64,000 nt of DNA from Halorarum halobium (lineage in GTDB: Archaea; Halobacteriota; Halobacteria; Halobacteriales; Haloferacaceae): contig NZ_CP134951.1 in the NCBI RefSeq assembly GCF_032116555.1, forward strand, positions 124,001 to 188,000. Reading direction: 5' to 3'. Every line of letters begins with the position of its first letter. Positions within the stretch are counted from its first letter, which is position 1. Made by a program: the position numbers and the translations under genes. The notes beneath the pieces are model-generated. The model made no database searches. It saw only the letters and a program-made list of their open reading frames with translations, and was not told the DNA's origin. Of this stretch, positions 10,585 through 20,245 are shown one piece after another.

Positions 10585-11439
10585 ATGGAGTTCGTCCCGC
10601 TCGACGTCGCGCGCGACGCCGCGTCGGTCGCCAACGTCGTCTCCCGCTCGATGCGGGCCTCGTACGCGCTGAGCCCCGACCAGATCGACGCCGTCGTCGA
10701 CGAGGAGTTCGCCGAGGCGGCGCTCGCCGGGAAAGCCGACCGCGAGGACGTCGTCATGCTCGTCGCCCGCGGGGAGGGCGACGCCGGCGGCGGGCCGGCC
10801 GGAGCCGCGGACGAGACGGGGGACGGCACGGAGGTCGCGGAGCCGGGGGAGGGAAAACCGGTCGAGGGGTTCGCGGAGGGCGAGTTCGGGGACGACGGCG
10901 CGGTGATCCGCTGGCTCCACGTCGACCCCGAGGCGCGCGGCGCGGGCGTCGGGACGGCGCTGTTCGAGCGGCTCACGGACGCGTTCGACGAGCGCGACGC
11001 GCGGACGGTCCGCTCGAACGTCCTCGCCGAGGACGTCGAGGGCGGCACGTTCTGCGAGCAGTTCGGCTTCGTCCGCGTCGACCGCGCCGACGTCGAGTTC
11101 GGCGACCTCTCGCTCGTCGCGGAGGTGTACGCCAGCCCGAACGCGGTCGACCCCGCCGAGACCGAGGGGTTCGACCCGCTGGCCGAGGGCGAGGAGCCGC
11201 CCGAACGCGCCGAGGCTCCCGACGGGACCGAGGTGTTCGTCGACCCCGAGGACCCGCTCTCCGGCACCATCGCCCCGTTCTTCGCGGCGTTCGAGTCCGC
11301 GGAGTTCGAGGCGCGCCACGGCTACTTCTGCGGGGCGTGCCGGACCGTCACGACCGAGGTCGACCAGCAGGACCGGGTCGTCTGCCCGGCGTGTGGCAAC
11401 CGCCACCGGCCGTCGGACTGGGACGGGTCGTACCTCTGA
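10585..11439 (+). CDS. GNAT acetyltransferase with C-terminal Zn-ribbon (DUF5816-like)
   Basis: WLHVDPEARGAGVG acetyl-CoA motif; CGAC...CPAC; start at ATG 10585. Confidence 0.8.
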   Translation: MEFVPLDVARDAASVANVVSRSMRASYALSPDQIDAVVDEEFAEAALAGKADREDVVMLVARGEGDAGGGPAGAADETGDGTEVAEPGEGKPVEGFAEGEFGDDGAVIRWLHVDPEARGAGVGTALFERLTDAFDERDARTVRSNVLAEDVEGGTFCEQFGFVRVDRADVEFGDLSLVAEVYASPNAVDPAETEGFDPLAEGEEPPERAEAPDGTEVFVDPEDPLSGTIAPFFAAFESAEFEARHGYFCGACRTVTTEVDQQDRVVCPACGNRHRPSDWDGSYL

Positions 11440-11491
11440 GGACCCGACGGTCCGTGGTCGCCGCGGCCGCGTCCGGATCGGCGCCGGCGTC

Positions 11492-11800
11492 TCACTCCTC
11501 CGAGACGTCGCGCCAGTAGCCGGCGATCAGCGCCTCCGCCGTGTTGATTCGCCGGTTGACCTCCCCGTCCGTCCGGCCCGCGAGCGCCGCGAGCTTCTCC
11601 TCCAGCTCCTCGATCCGGTCGGCGTGCGGGGCGGCGTCCGCGGTCGCCTCCCCGCCCACGATCTCCCGGAACCCCTCCTCGATGGAGCGGAGCTGTTCCC
11701 TCCGTTCGGCGTCGGCCGCGGCGGCGGCGCGGTCGAGTTCCTCCAGGGCGCGCCCGGGTCTCCGCCCTCCCTCCGACTGGCCGTCCTCCTCGTCCACCAT
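11492..11800 (-). CDS. Hypothetical helical protein
   Basis: Acidic 102-aa ORF (MVDEEDG...) preceded by T-rich promoter-like stretch. Confidence 0.6.
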   Translation of the reverse strand: MVDEEDGQSEGGRRPGRALEELDRAAAAADAERREQLRSIEEGFREIVGGEATADAAPHADRIEELEEKLAALAGRTDGEVNRRINTAEALIAGYWRDVSEE

Positions 11801-11853
11801 GGGGACCGTTGGCCGAGCAAAGAAAAAAGCGTACGGCCGGCTGGTCCCGGCCG

Positions 11854-12363
11854 CTACTCGTTCGACCCGACCCAGGTGCCGAGCGTCAGCCCGTAGACGA
11901 GGTGGCTGACGTGGAAGACGAACCGCTCGTCGGGGTCGAGGTCCAGGCCGAGCAGGCGGTCGAGGAGGACGGCGACGCCGAACGCCGACAGCAGCGCGCC
12001 GTAGGCCGCACCCAGCGCCGTCGCCCGGCGCTCCCGCGTCGCTTCCGCCCCCGACAGGAACGGGTCGGTAAGCACGCCGAAGACGCCGCCCGCGACCGTC
12101 CCGTACAGCAGGTGCAGGAGGAGGCCGACCCCGACGTGGTCGGACGGATCCCCGCCGCGAACCCGTGCGAGGAGCCACGCCGTCGGCGGCGGCGACCGCG
12201 CGACGGGAAGTCGGAACGCCGACATGACTCCCGTGGCCAGTGCGCCACCGGACAGGCCGACGACCGCCGCGTGCAGGCGTCGCTCCGCGTCGCTCGCCGC
12301 CCCGTCGTCGCCGTCCGTGACCGACCGCGCGGTCGACCGCGCGAGTGACTTCAGGCTCGTCAC
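11854..12363 (-). CDS. Small membrane protein with paired His-Tyr-Gly helices
   Basis: 4 TM segments; LHLLYG and HLVYG motifs; GTG start inferred. Confidence 0.7.
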   Translation of the reverse strand: MTSLKSLARSTARSVTDGDDGAASDAERRLHAAVVGLSGGALATGVMSAFRLPVARSPPPTAWLLARVRGGDPSDHVGVGLLLHLLYGTVAGGVFGVLTDPFLSGAEATRERRATALGAAYGALLSAFGVAVLLDRLLGLDLDPDERFVFHVSHLVYGLTLGTWVGSNE

Positions 12364-12657
12364 CGTGGGGAGACTGTCGGACGGCAGCGGGAAAAACGTG
12401 GGCGCTGCAGGGGCACGGCGACGGACGGCCGGGTCGACGACCGATCGGTGTCGACCGCCGGCCGGCCCCACCGGAGTAGGGTGACCTTTCCAACCGCCGA
12501 CGGACGGGGTGAACCGATCCACAAGGCATATGCGTAGGCTGGCATCCAACCCGAGTATGAGGACGGACGACCCGCGCGGCGCGGGACAGGGGGGTTCGAC
12601 CGGCCGGGGGGACGGCCCGGCGGGACCGCGGGGAGCGGTAGGACGGGTGAAACCGCA

Positions 12658-13587
12658 GTGAGTGACGATGACGCCGGGACGGCGGGCACGACGACGCGGC
12701 TCTCGGTGATGTCGTACAACGTGCGCTTCGACAACCCGCCGGTGGACCCGTTCACCTGGCGCGAGCGCCGCGACGACGTGGCGAGCGTGGTTCGGTTCCA
12801 CGGCCCCGACGTCGTCGGGCTCCAGGAGGCGCTCCACGACCAGCTCGCGGACCTGCGCGAGCGGCTGCCCGGCTACGAGTGGCTGAGCGCGGGCCGGGCG
12901 GCGGCGCGCAACGCCGGCGAGTACGCCGCCGTCGGCTACGACGCCGACCGGTTCGAGCGCGTCGACGGCTCGACGTTCTGGCTCTCGGAGACGCCCGACG
13001 AGCCGGGGAGCGTCGGCTGGGACGCCGAGTTCCCGCGGCTGGTCCGGTGGGTTCGCCTCCGCGAGCGGACGACCGGCGCGGAGCTCGTCCACTTCAACAC
13101 GCACTTCGACCACAAGGGCGAGACCGCGCGGGTCCGGAGCGCGGAGCTGCTCCGCGAGCGCGTCCGCCGGCACGCCCCGGGAACGCCGGTCGTCGTGACC
13201 GGCGACCTGAACTGCCTCGCCGGCGACGCGCCGTACCGGCATCTGGTGGGGACCGAGCGGGCCGGCGAGGTGGACGAGGCGGACCGCGGAGACGAAGCGG
13301 CGACGCCGTCCCTCCGGGACTGCCACCACGCCGCCGAGACGCCCCACCACGGCCCGCTGACGACCCGGACCGAGTTCGACGCGCTCGTCCCCGACCGCAA
13401 GATCGACCACGTGCTCGCCTCGCCGGACGTCCCGGTCACGAGCCACGCGATCGCCGCGGACACGACCGCCGACGGCCGCTACCCGTCGGACCACCTGCCC
13501 ATCGTGGCCGACCTCGCCGTGCCGGTGCCCGACCGGGCGGGCGTCTCGACGCCGGCGACGGGGACCGGCAGCCCTGTCGGCGAGTAG
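12658..13587 (+). CDS. Endonuclease/exonuclease/phosphatase family protein
   Basis: MSYNVR, GLQE, FNTHFDH, GDLN, IDHV, SDHLP. Confidence 0.9.
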   Translation: MSDDDAGTAGTTTRLSVMSYNVRFDNPPVDPFTWRERRDDVASVVRFHGPDVVGLQEALHDQLADLRERLPGYEWLSAGRAAARNAGEYAAVGYDADRFERVDGSTFWLSETPDEPGSVGWDAEFPRLVRWVRLRERTTGAELVHFNTHFDHKGETARVRSAELLRERVRRHAPGTPVVVTGDLNCLAGDAPYRHLVGTERAGEVDEADRGDEAATPSLRDCHHAAETPHHGPLTTRTEFDALVPDRKIDHVLASPDVPVTSHAIAADTTADGRYPSDHLPIVADLAVPVPDRAGVSTPATGTGSPVGE

Positions 13588-13789
13588 GGGCGGCGTACGT
13601 CGCGGTCGCCGCCCGTCGGCCCGCCCGCGTTCCGGCGATAGCGGCGTCGAATCGGACGAATTCGACCCGATCGGGGGTCGCGTGGCGCACCTTTATGCGG
13701 TAGTCGGTAAAACAAACGGTGTCATACGGGCCGGTATGGAGCGGCCGAGCGCTATCGCCGTCAGCTCCCGAGAGGCCCACCGAGGTGAT

Positions 13790-14779
13790 ATGATGGTACC
13801 TATCCTGTACACGTTCGATCGGCCGTTCATGCGGAAGACGTACGAGGCGATCGACCGACACGTCGACGTCGAGTCGGCCTTCCTCGCGCTCGGGCCGGAG
13901 GCCGAGGGATGCTCGGACGCGCTCCGGGAGGTCGAGCGCGAGCCGGGCGAGTCCATCGACGCCGCCGTCGAGCGGGTCGACCCGGCCGTCGTCGTCCGGA
14001 ACCACACGCTCGACCCCGGCGGGTTCGCCTTCGATGGCGAGCGAACCGTGGTCCACGTCCGCCACGGCGCGTCCGTCGGGCGGGGCGAGGTCGGGACGAC
14101 GCTCGGGCGGCTCCGCGACGTCGTCGACGTCGCGCTCGCGCCGGGCGAGCGCTGGGGCGAGCGCTACCGCGAGGGGTTCCCGGACGGCGTCACGGTGGCA
14201 GTCGTCGGCGTCCCGGAGGCCGACGCGCTGGTCGAGGCCGACCCGCCCCGCGAGGGGCGAGTACTCTACGCGCCGACGAACCACAACTACGGCGGCGGGA
14301 GCTACCTGCACACGGCCGAACACGTCCTCGACACGTTCGCCGACACCGAGTACGAACTCCTGTTTCGCCCGCACCCGATGGATCGGCGAGAGGAGCCAGG
14401 GAAGTCGGTGACAGAACGGTGCCGCGAGCGCATCGCGTCGCTGCCGAACGTCACCTTCGACGAGGGAGGGACGCCGGGCGAGAGCCTGCTCTCGGCGGAT
14501 GTACTCGTCTCCGACTACTCCGGCATCGTCACCGAGTGGCTCCACACGGACCGCCCGCTGATCCAGCTCACGGCCCTCGACGCGGACGACCGCGAGGTTC
14601 CGCCCGCGGGCTACCGGACCGATCGACTCGACCTCGAGACGGTGGACGACCTGTACGCGCACGGCCCGCCCGAGGCGGTTCGGGAGCGCCGGGCGGCGTT
14701 CCGGGCCGACCTCGGGATCCCGATGGACGGTCGTGCCGGCGAACGCGCGGCGACGGAGGTGCTGGCATGCACGCGGTGA
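13790..14779 (+). CDS. CDP-glycerol glycerophosphotransferase (TagF/TagB)-like protein
   Basis: HG, LYAPT, RPHP, DVLVSDYSG motifs; GAGGTGA SD before ATG 13790. Confidence 0.75.
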   Translation: MMVPILYTFDRPFMRKTYEAIDRHVDVESAFLALGPEAEGCSDALREVEREPGESIDAAVERVDPAVVVRNHTLDPGGFAFDGERTVVHVRHGASVGRGEVGTTLGRLRDVVDVALAPGERWGERYREGFPDGVTVAVVGVPEADALVEADPPREGRVLYAPTNHNYGGGSYLHTAEHVLDTFADTEYELLFRPHPMDRREEPGKSVTERCRERIASLPNVTFDEGGTPGESLLSADVLVSDYSGIVTEWLHTDRPLIQLTALDADDREVPPAGYRTDRLDLETVDDLYAHGPPEAVRERRAAFRADLGIPMDGRAGERAATEVLACTR

Positions 14780-15429
14780 TCCTCGCCGCCGGGGAGGGGA
14801 GTCGGATGGGCGAACACACCGAGGACGTGCCGAAGGCGTTCATGGAGGTCGGCGGGCGGACGCTGTACGAGTACCAGCGCGAGGCGATCGACCCGCACGT
14901 CGAGGACGTGACCGTCGCGCTCGGCTACCGCCATGAGAAGGTGCTCGACCGCGTGCACACGGCCCAGGCCGTCGTCGTGGAGGCGTGGGACGAGTACGAC
15001 AACGCCGAGTCGCTCTACCGGGCGCTGGAGGGGATCGACGACGACGTGCTCGTGCTCAACGGCGACGTGGTCGTCACGCCCGAGGCGGTCGCCAGCGTGC
15101 GCCGGCGCTACCGGGACCTCGAGGGCGAGAGCGTCGTCGTCCACCTGCCCGGGATCCAGACCGAACACACCGCCATCCGGCTGGACGAGCGGAGCCGAGT
15201 CACCGACTACGGGGAGATCACCGGCTTCCGCCACGCCGGGATGGGCGTCCTCGACCGCGAGCACATCGACGCGGCGGCCGCCCACCTCCGCCGGAACCGG
15301 GGCGGCTGGTACCCCTCGATGTACCTCACCGTGCCGACCCGCGGCGTCGAGATCCCGGAGTCTGACCACGTCGAGATCAACCGTCCGCGGGACAGGCGCG
15401 CCGCGAAAGGACGGCTGCCGCTGGGCTGA
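14767..15429 (+). CDS. NTP transferase (LicC/sugar-phosphate nucleotidyltransferase-like)
   Basis: VILAAGEGSRMG...PKA, LNGDV, EIN..D; overlaps upstream gene. Confidence 0.85.
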   Translation: MHAVILAAGEGSRMGEHTEDVPKAFMEVGGRTLYEYQREAIDPHVEDVTVALGYRHEKVLDRVHTAQAVVVEAWDEYDNAESLYRALEGIDDDVLVLNGDVVVTPEAVASVRRRYRDLEGESVVVHLPGIQTEHTAIRLDERSRVTDYGEITGFRHAGMGVLDREHIDAAAAHLRRNRGGWYPSMYLTVPTRGVEIPESDHVEINRPRDRRAAKGRLPLG

Positions 15430-15479
15430 ATCGGTGCGCCGGACACCCGTCCACGCGGCGAACACGCCGGGGTGAGCGG

Positions 15480-15632
15480 ATGGTCGAGGCCTACGAGGTC
15501 GCGCTCGTCGGGGCAGTCGTCCTCCTCTCGGCGGTCGTCCACGGGGTCTCGGCCAGCGCCGTGAAGGACGCGGTCGACCGCCGGACGGACGCCCGGGTCG
15601 ACGCGGAGGCCGGGGACGGGACGGCCGAGTAG
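15480..15632 (+). pseudogene. Probable internally deleted remnant of a CPA1 cation:proton antiporter
   Basis: 50-aa ORF MVEAYEVALVGAVVLLSAVVHGVSAS resembles the last helix (VVLxSxxVHGxS/TA) of NhaP-type antiporters. Confidence 0.4.
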
Positions 15633-15654
15633 CCCCCGCGGGGAGCCTCCCGCG

Positions 15655-15864
15655 TTATCGCTCGTCGTGGACCGGGAACGCCACCTCCGCGGTCGCCTTG
15701 TACTGGGTGATCTCCCCGTCCTCGACCTCGGCGGTCCAGCCCTCCACCTCGACGCCGTGGATGTCGTCGATCGTCTCGTTCGCTTCGGCGATGGCCTCCT
15801 TCGCTGCGTCCTCCCAGGACTGCTCGGACGTCCCGAGGACTTTGATTATCTTGATCGTCGTCAC
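15655..15864 (-). CDS. Dodecin family protein
   Basis: KIIKVLGTSEQSWEDAA...YKATAEVAF. Confidence 0.9.
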   Translation of the reverse strand: MTTIKIIKVLGTSEQSWEDAAKEAIAEANETIDDIHGVEVEGWTAEVEDGEITQYKATAEVAFPVHDER

Positions 15865-16261
15865 GGGCGTAGTACGACGAACTCGGATTAGGTTCTTGGG
15901 GTGGTTCGCTCCGTCTCCCGGCCGAAGCCGTCGCGTTCGGCCGAACGGAGGGAGACTGACGCGACGTAAGAAGAGCTTACCCCCGCTCCCGACGTGGAGC
16001 CGGGGAACCGGGACGGGTTGTTACAGTACTAGCTCTGTAATTGCGTTGGCTCCCCCACGCGTCGGACGTGCGGGACGCCCCCGCCGGAGTAAGCCGGTGT
16101 TAGCCCGGAGTAGTCGGCGTGAATCGTCAGCCGGGGGCGGCGTGGGGGGTCGTGCTCCACGCGGCGGTAGGTCGGGTGAAACCCGCGGCCCGGGCGGCTC
16201 CTCGTCCGCCGGGTGTGCTCCCGGATTCGGCCGACTCGGGCGGCTCGGCCGTCCGACGGCG

Positions 16262-17149
16262 TCAGTACCGGGGCGACTGTGCCCGGATGATCGCCGCTGC
16301 GTCGTCGAGTTTCGAGCCGAGCAGGACGAGGACGTCGTCGAGCGTGACGATTCCCTCGAGCCGTCCGTCGGCGTCGACGATGGGGAGCCGGCGGACGCCG
16401 GCCTCCTCGAGGACGCCGATGGCGTCGAAGACGCTCGACTCCATCGTCGCCGTCACGGGGTCGGTCGTCATCACTTCCTCGACGTCTCGCTCGGCGACGT
16501 CGGGCGTCGCGTCGAGCGCCAGCGCCACCGAGCGGTCGGTGACGATGCCGACCGGCCGGTCGTCCTCGACGACGACGATGCTCCCGACGACCTCCTCGGC
16601 CATCGTCCCGACGGCCGCCGACACCGGCTCGTCGGGCGCGACGGTGACGACGTCGGTCTGGACGACCTCCTCGAGCGCTACCGGCCGAAGCCGGGCGCGC
16701 CCCCCGAACTGCTGGTCGCCGCCGGCCTGCGCGCTCGGTGGCTGCATCTGAGACTGCATCCCTCGTCCCTGGGGCTGCTGCTGTGACGCGGTGTTCGGCT
16801 GGTGTCGATACTGGGGCGTTCCCCGGGGTGGCTGCTGGGCGTACCCCTGCTGAGTCTGCTGTCCCTCGTAGCCGGACTGGCCGCCGGCCCCCTGGGGGTG
16901 CTGGCCGTAGCCCTGCTGGTCGAGTCCCTGCTGGTCGAGTCCCTGCTGGCTCACTCCCTGCTGGTTCATCCCCTGCTGAGTCTGCCGTCCCTGCTGTTGT
17001 CGCTGCGGGTTCTGCCGGGAGCGGGCCCCCGCCGGCTGCTGGCCCTGCTGCCCGTAGCCCTGGCGGCTCCGCCGTGCTGACTCGCGCTGGGGGTGCTGAT
17101 ACGACGCTTCCGTGCGAGCGTAGGGGTCGTTCTCCGTTGGTCCGTACAT
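16262..17149 (-). CDS. CBS-pair protein with Gln-rich N-terminus
   Basis: PVGIVTDRS, VRRLPIVD..GIVTLDD; about 130-aa Q/G-rich region; start ATG 17149. Confidence 0.85.
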   Translation of the reverse strand: MYGPTENDPYARTEASYQHPQRESARRSRQGYGQQGQQPAGARSRQNPQRQQQGRQTQQGMNQQGVSQQGLDQQGLDQQGYGQHPQGAGGQSGYEGQQTQQGYAQQPPRGTPQYRHQPNTASQQQPQGRGMQSQMQPPSAQAGGDQQFGGRARLRPVALEEVVQTDVVTVAPDEPVSAAVGTMAEEVVGSIVVVEDDRPVGIVTDRSVALALDATPDVAERDVEEVMTTDPVTATMESSVFDAIGVLEEAGVRRLPIVDADGRLEGIVTLDDVLVLLGSKLDDAAAIIRAQSPRY

Positions 17150-17312
17150 GGTGATACCTGCTAGCCGACGCGCCGGCGCTAGCAAGGAGCCGATACGCGT
17201 GACGTCCCGATAAAACCGGGGGCACGCCACGGGCGTCGGCCGCCCGCGAGGGGACAGCCGCGGACGCGCGTAACCCGGCTATAACAAAGCCTGCGGCCGT
17301 GGGGGAGGAGAC

Positions 17313-17672
17313 ATGGCACTCATCGACACCGTCATCGTCTTCCTCGTCGGCCTCCTCATCGGGGCCCTCGGGATCTACGTCGGGGCACGGGTGCTCACCG
17401 ACGCCGACGACTACACGTACGCCATCGTGACCGCCCTGATCGGCTCGGTCGTCTGGGCCGTCATCGCCTTCTTCGTCGGCGGGATCCCCTTCCTCGGCCC
17501 GCTGCTGGCGCTAATCGCGTACCTCGGGGTCATCAACTGGCGCTACCCGGGCGGCTGGACCACGTCGGCCGGCATCGCGCTCATCGCCTGGGTGTCGGTG
17601 CTCGTCATCCTGTACGTCCTGGCGTTCCTGGAGCTCGCCACGTTCGAGGCCGTGGGGGTCCCCGGGCTCTAG
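17313..17672 (+). CDS. Small 4-TM haloarchaeal membrane protein
   Basis: Hydrophobic ORF with RYPGGW motif; GGAGG SD upstream. Confidence 0.8.
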   Translation: MALIDTVIVFLVGLLIGALGIYVGARVLTDADDYTYAIVTALIGSVVWAVIAFFVGGIPFLGPLLALIAYLGVINWRYPGGWTTSAGIALIAWVSVLVILYVLAFLELATFEAVGVPGL

Positions 17673-17689
17673 GGCGGCGAGTCAGTCCC

Positions 17690-18556
17690 TCACAGAGCGC
17701 GGGGTCCGTCGGGACGCCGTCGGCGTGGCCGGGGCGGGGATCGCCGTCGATACCGCCAGCCGTCGCCACGGACACGACTCACGCCGGGAAGCCGGGCGAA
17801 CGCGGGGCGGACGAGTCCGGCCGTCCACGCGTCCGGCGTCGGGTAACCGGCGGGGTGGTCCGGGAACGTGGCGGCGGCGACGTCGCGCTCGGACGCCTCG
17901 CCCCGCCGCCGGACGACGCCGAACGCGGCCCGGACGGCCTCCCGTTCGGCCGGAGCGAGCGCGAGCGACTCGATGGCCTGTTTCACGCTGCCGAACGGAC
18001 GATGGCCGCCGCGGCCGAGCCGCCGCGTGCCGTCCGCGCCCGACGTCGCCGATTCGGGCGGGCCGGCGTACCGCCAGGAGTCGGTCGGCCGCGTCGGCGC
18101 GACGACGCGGGGGAGCGCGGCCAGCGGGTCGCGCACGCAGTCGGTCCACCACGTGTCGCCGGTCGCGTACCCGGCGGGTTCCTCACGGTGGATGGCGTCG
18201 ATCAGTTCGTCCGGGGTGGCCCGCCCCCAGTAGCGGAGGAACGCGAACGAGTCCCTGACGGCGTCGGCCTCGTCCGGACGGAGCCGGAACGTCGCGAGCA
18301 CGCGCTCGACGGCCGGCGTGGTGTCGATGCGGCTGTCGGTCGCGCCGGCACGCCTGGCGGCGACGCGACGACCGCTGTCGGTCCGCCGAACGTCGCCCCC
18401 CGTCGACTCCGTGACCAGCCCGTTGTCCGCGAGCGCCCGCAACCGACTCCGGAGTTCGTCCGACGGGCGGTCGAGGTCGGCCGCGAGCGCCTCGACCGTG
18501 TGCTGGTCGTCGCCGAGCGCCGACAGGAGCGCCTGGTCCGTCCCATCGAGTTTCAT
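17690..18556 (-). CDS. Winged-helix protein with two repeated PAGY-W domains
   Basis: N-terminal wHTH (LRALADNGLV) then duplicated A-V-R..F...G.A...PAGY....W...VR..L..LP.V module. Confidence 0.65.
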   Translation of the reverse strand: MKLDGTDQALLSALGDDQHTVEALAADLDRPSDELRSRLRALADNGLVTESTGGDVRRTDSGRRVAARRAGATDSRIDTTPAVERVLATFRLRPDEADAVRDSFAFLRYWGRATPDELIDAIHREEPAGYATGDTWWTDCVRDPLAALPRVVAPTRPTDSWRYAGPPESATSGADGTRRLGRGGHRPFGSVKQAIESLALAPAEREAVRAAFGVVRRRGEASERDVAAATFPDHPAGYPTPDAWTAGLVRPAFARLPGVSRVRGDGWRYRRRSPPRPRRRRPDGPRAL

Positions 18557-18630
18557 TCGCGGATGTACCGACGGGGGCCCGGGGCTTCAACCTGCACGCT
18601 CGGCCCCGGCGGACTGACGCGGGACGCGAC

Positions 18631-18969
18631 TCAGCGGTCCGTGGTCGACCCGCCCTCGCTCCCCTCCAGGCGCCCCTCCTCGAACTCGGAGACGAGCGCC
18701 TCGAACGCTTCGTCGGGATCCGCGAAGCTCCGGTCGAGGCGGCCGAACGCGCTGCCGAGCGACTCCGTCTCGTTCGGCAGGTCCGTCGGGTCGTCGGCGT
18801 AGTAGGCAGCCAGGTCCTCGCTGGTGACGGGGTACTGGTGGGTCCCGAGGTCCGCCCGAACGGCCTCCAGGGTGGTCTCGACCGACTCGGCGCGCTCGTG
18901 CTGCCGGCGCTCGGCGGCGTCCTGGACGCTGTCGCGAGCGTCGCGCTCGGCGGGGTCGTCGGGTGCCAT
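18631..18969 (-). CDS. DUF5789-like haloarchaeal protein
   Basis: HQYPVTSEDL...LPNETESLG pattern; start ATG 18969. Confidence 0.65.
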   Translation of the reverse strand: MAPDDPAERDARDSVQDAAERRQHERAESVETTLEAVRADLGTHQYPVTSEDLAAYYADDPTDLPNETESLGSAFGRLDRSFADPDEAFEALVSEFEEGRLEGSEGGSTTDR

Positions 18970-19107
18970 GGGTGCGTGTCGGGTGCGATGACTCAAGTAT
19001 TCACGGTCGCGGGTCCCTCCCGACCGTCTGGGGTCGCCCGTCCCGCGCTTCGGGACGGGTCGGAGCCCACGGATAGACCTTTGCTCCCAGCCCCCGAATC
19101 GGGTCGT

Positions 19108-19443
19108 ATGAGCGGACGTGGAGAGACGCCGATGGAGGAGGGCGAGGACGCCGGCGCCGACGGAGCCGACCTCGCGTTCGGACAGACGCTGTACACGGAA
19201 GAGGGCGACCCGGTCGGGATCATCCGCGGCCTCGAGGAGGGTGGCCTGTTCCTCAGCCTCCGGGACGGCGTCGAGTCGCTCAGCATCGCGCACGCCCGCT
19301 CGGGGCAGGCGTTCGGCGAGGCCGAGCTGATGTGGCGCTGTCTGAACTGCGGCGAGATGGGCGAGATCGACGACGGCCTGCCCGCGCGGTGTCCCAACTG
19401 CGGCATCGAGCGCGAGGCGCTGATGTACTGGACGGAGGACTGA
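19108..19443 (+). CDS. Rubredoxin-like Zn/Fe-ribbon protein (DUF7130-like)
   Basis: FGEAELMWRCLNCGEMG...CPNCG...LMYWTED. Confidence 0.8.
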   Translation: MSGRGETPMEEGEDAGADGADLAFGQTLYTEEGDPVGIIRGLEEGGLFLSLRDGVESLSIAHARSGQAFGEAELMWRCLNCGEMGEIDDGLPARCPNCGIEREALMYWTED

Positions 19444-19576
19444 CCGTGCGGGCAGCGTCCCCGGGCCGCTCGACCGCGCGCGGCCCCTCCGGCCCACCAC
19501 GGCACGCCCGCCGCGAGGGACCTCAACAGTTAGGGGAACACCTCTTATCCGATAGTTGTGAATCCACCATAGCACC

Positions 19577-20245
19577 ATGACGACGATCGTGAGAGCCACG
19601 CTACCGGCAGGACAGTTCGCGCTCGAGAACACGTTCCAGCGGGTGCCCTCGGCCGAGTTCGAGATCGTGCGCGTGGTCGCCAACAGCACGGACCGCGTGC
19701 TCCCGCTCCTCTGGGCGACCGCCGACGACGGGGCCGCGTTCGACTCGCTTCCCGACGCCGTCCGGGAGGACCCGACGACCCGGGAGGTGTCGGTCGTCAC
19801 CGAGTTCGACACCGAGTACCTCCTGAAACTCGAGTGGGAGATGCACGTCCGCGTCCTCTTTTACGTCCTCCAGGAGGAGGACGCGACCATCCTCGACGCG
19901 AGGACGAAAGCGGACGACTGGCACTTCCGGATCCTGTTCCCGGAACACGACTCGGTCGCCTCGATGTACCAGTCGTGCCAGGAGTACGACGTGTCACTCG
20001 ACATCAAACAGATAACTCAACTTTCCGACTCGTTCAGGCGGGGGTGGTTCGGACTGACCGAGCACCAGTACGAGACCATCGTCGGCGCGTACCGGGAGGG
20101 GTACTACGCGGTCCCGCGGGAGGCGAACCTGGAGGAGCTCGCGGGCAGCTTCGGCGTCTCGCATCAGGCGCTCTCCGAGCGGCTCCGGCGCGGTCACGAG
20201 AAGCTCATCGCCAACGCGATGCATCTGGAAACGTCCACGGTCTGA
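19577..20245 (+). CDS. HTH_10 (Bat-type) transcriptional regulator
   Basis: GLTEHQYE...GYYAVPRE..LEELA...SHQALSERLRRG. Confidence 0.9.
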   Translation: MTTIVRATLPAGQFALENTFQRVPSAEFEIVRVVANSTDRVLPLLWATADDGAAFDSLPDAVREDPTTREVSVVTEFDTEYLLKLEWEMHVRVLFYVLQEEDATILDARTKADDWHFRILFPEHDSVASMYQSCQEYDVSLDIKQITQLSDSFRRGWFGLTEHQYETIVGAYREGYYAVPREANLEELAGSFGVSHQALSERLRRGHEKLIANAMHLETSTV

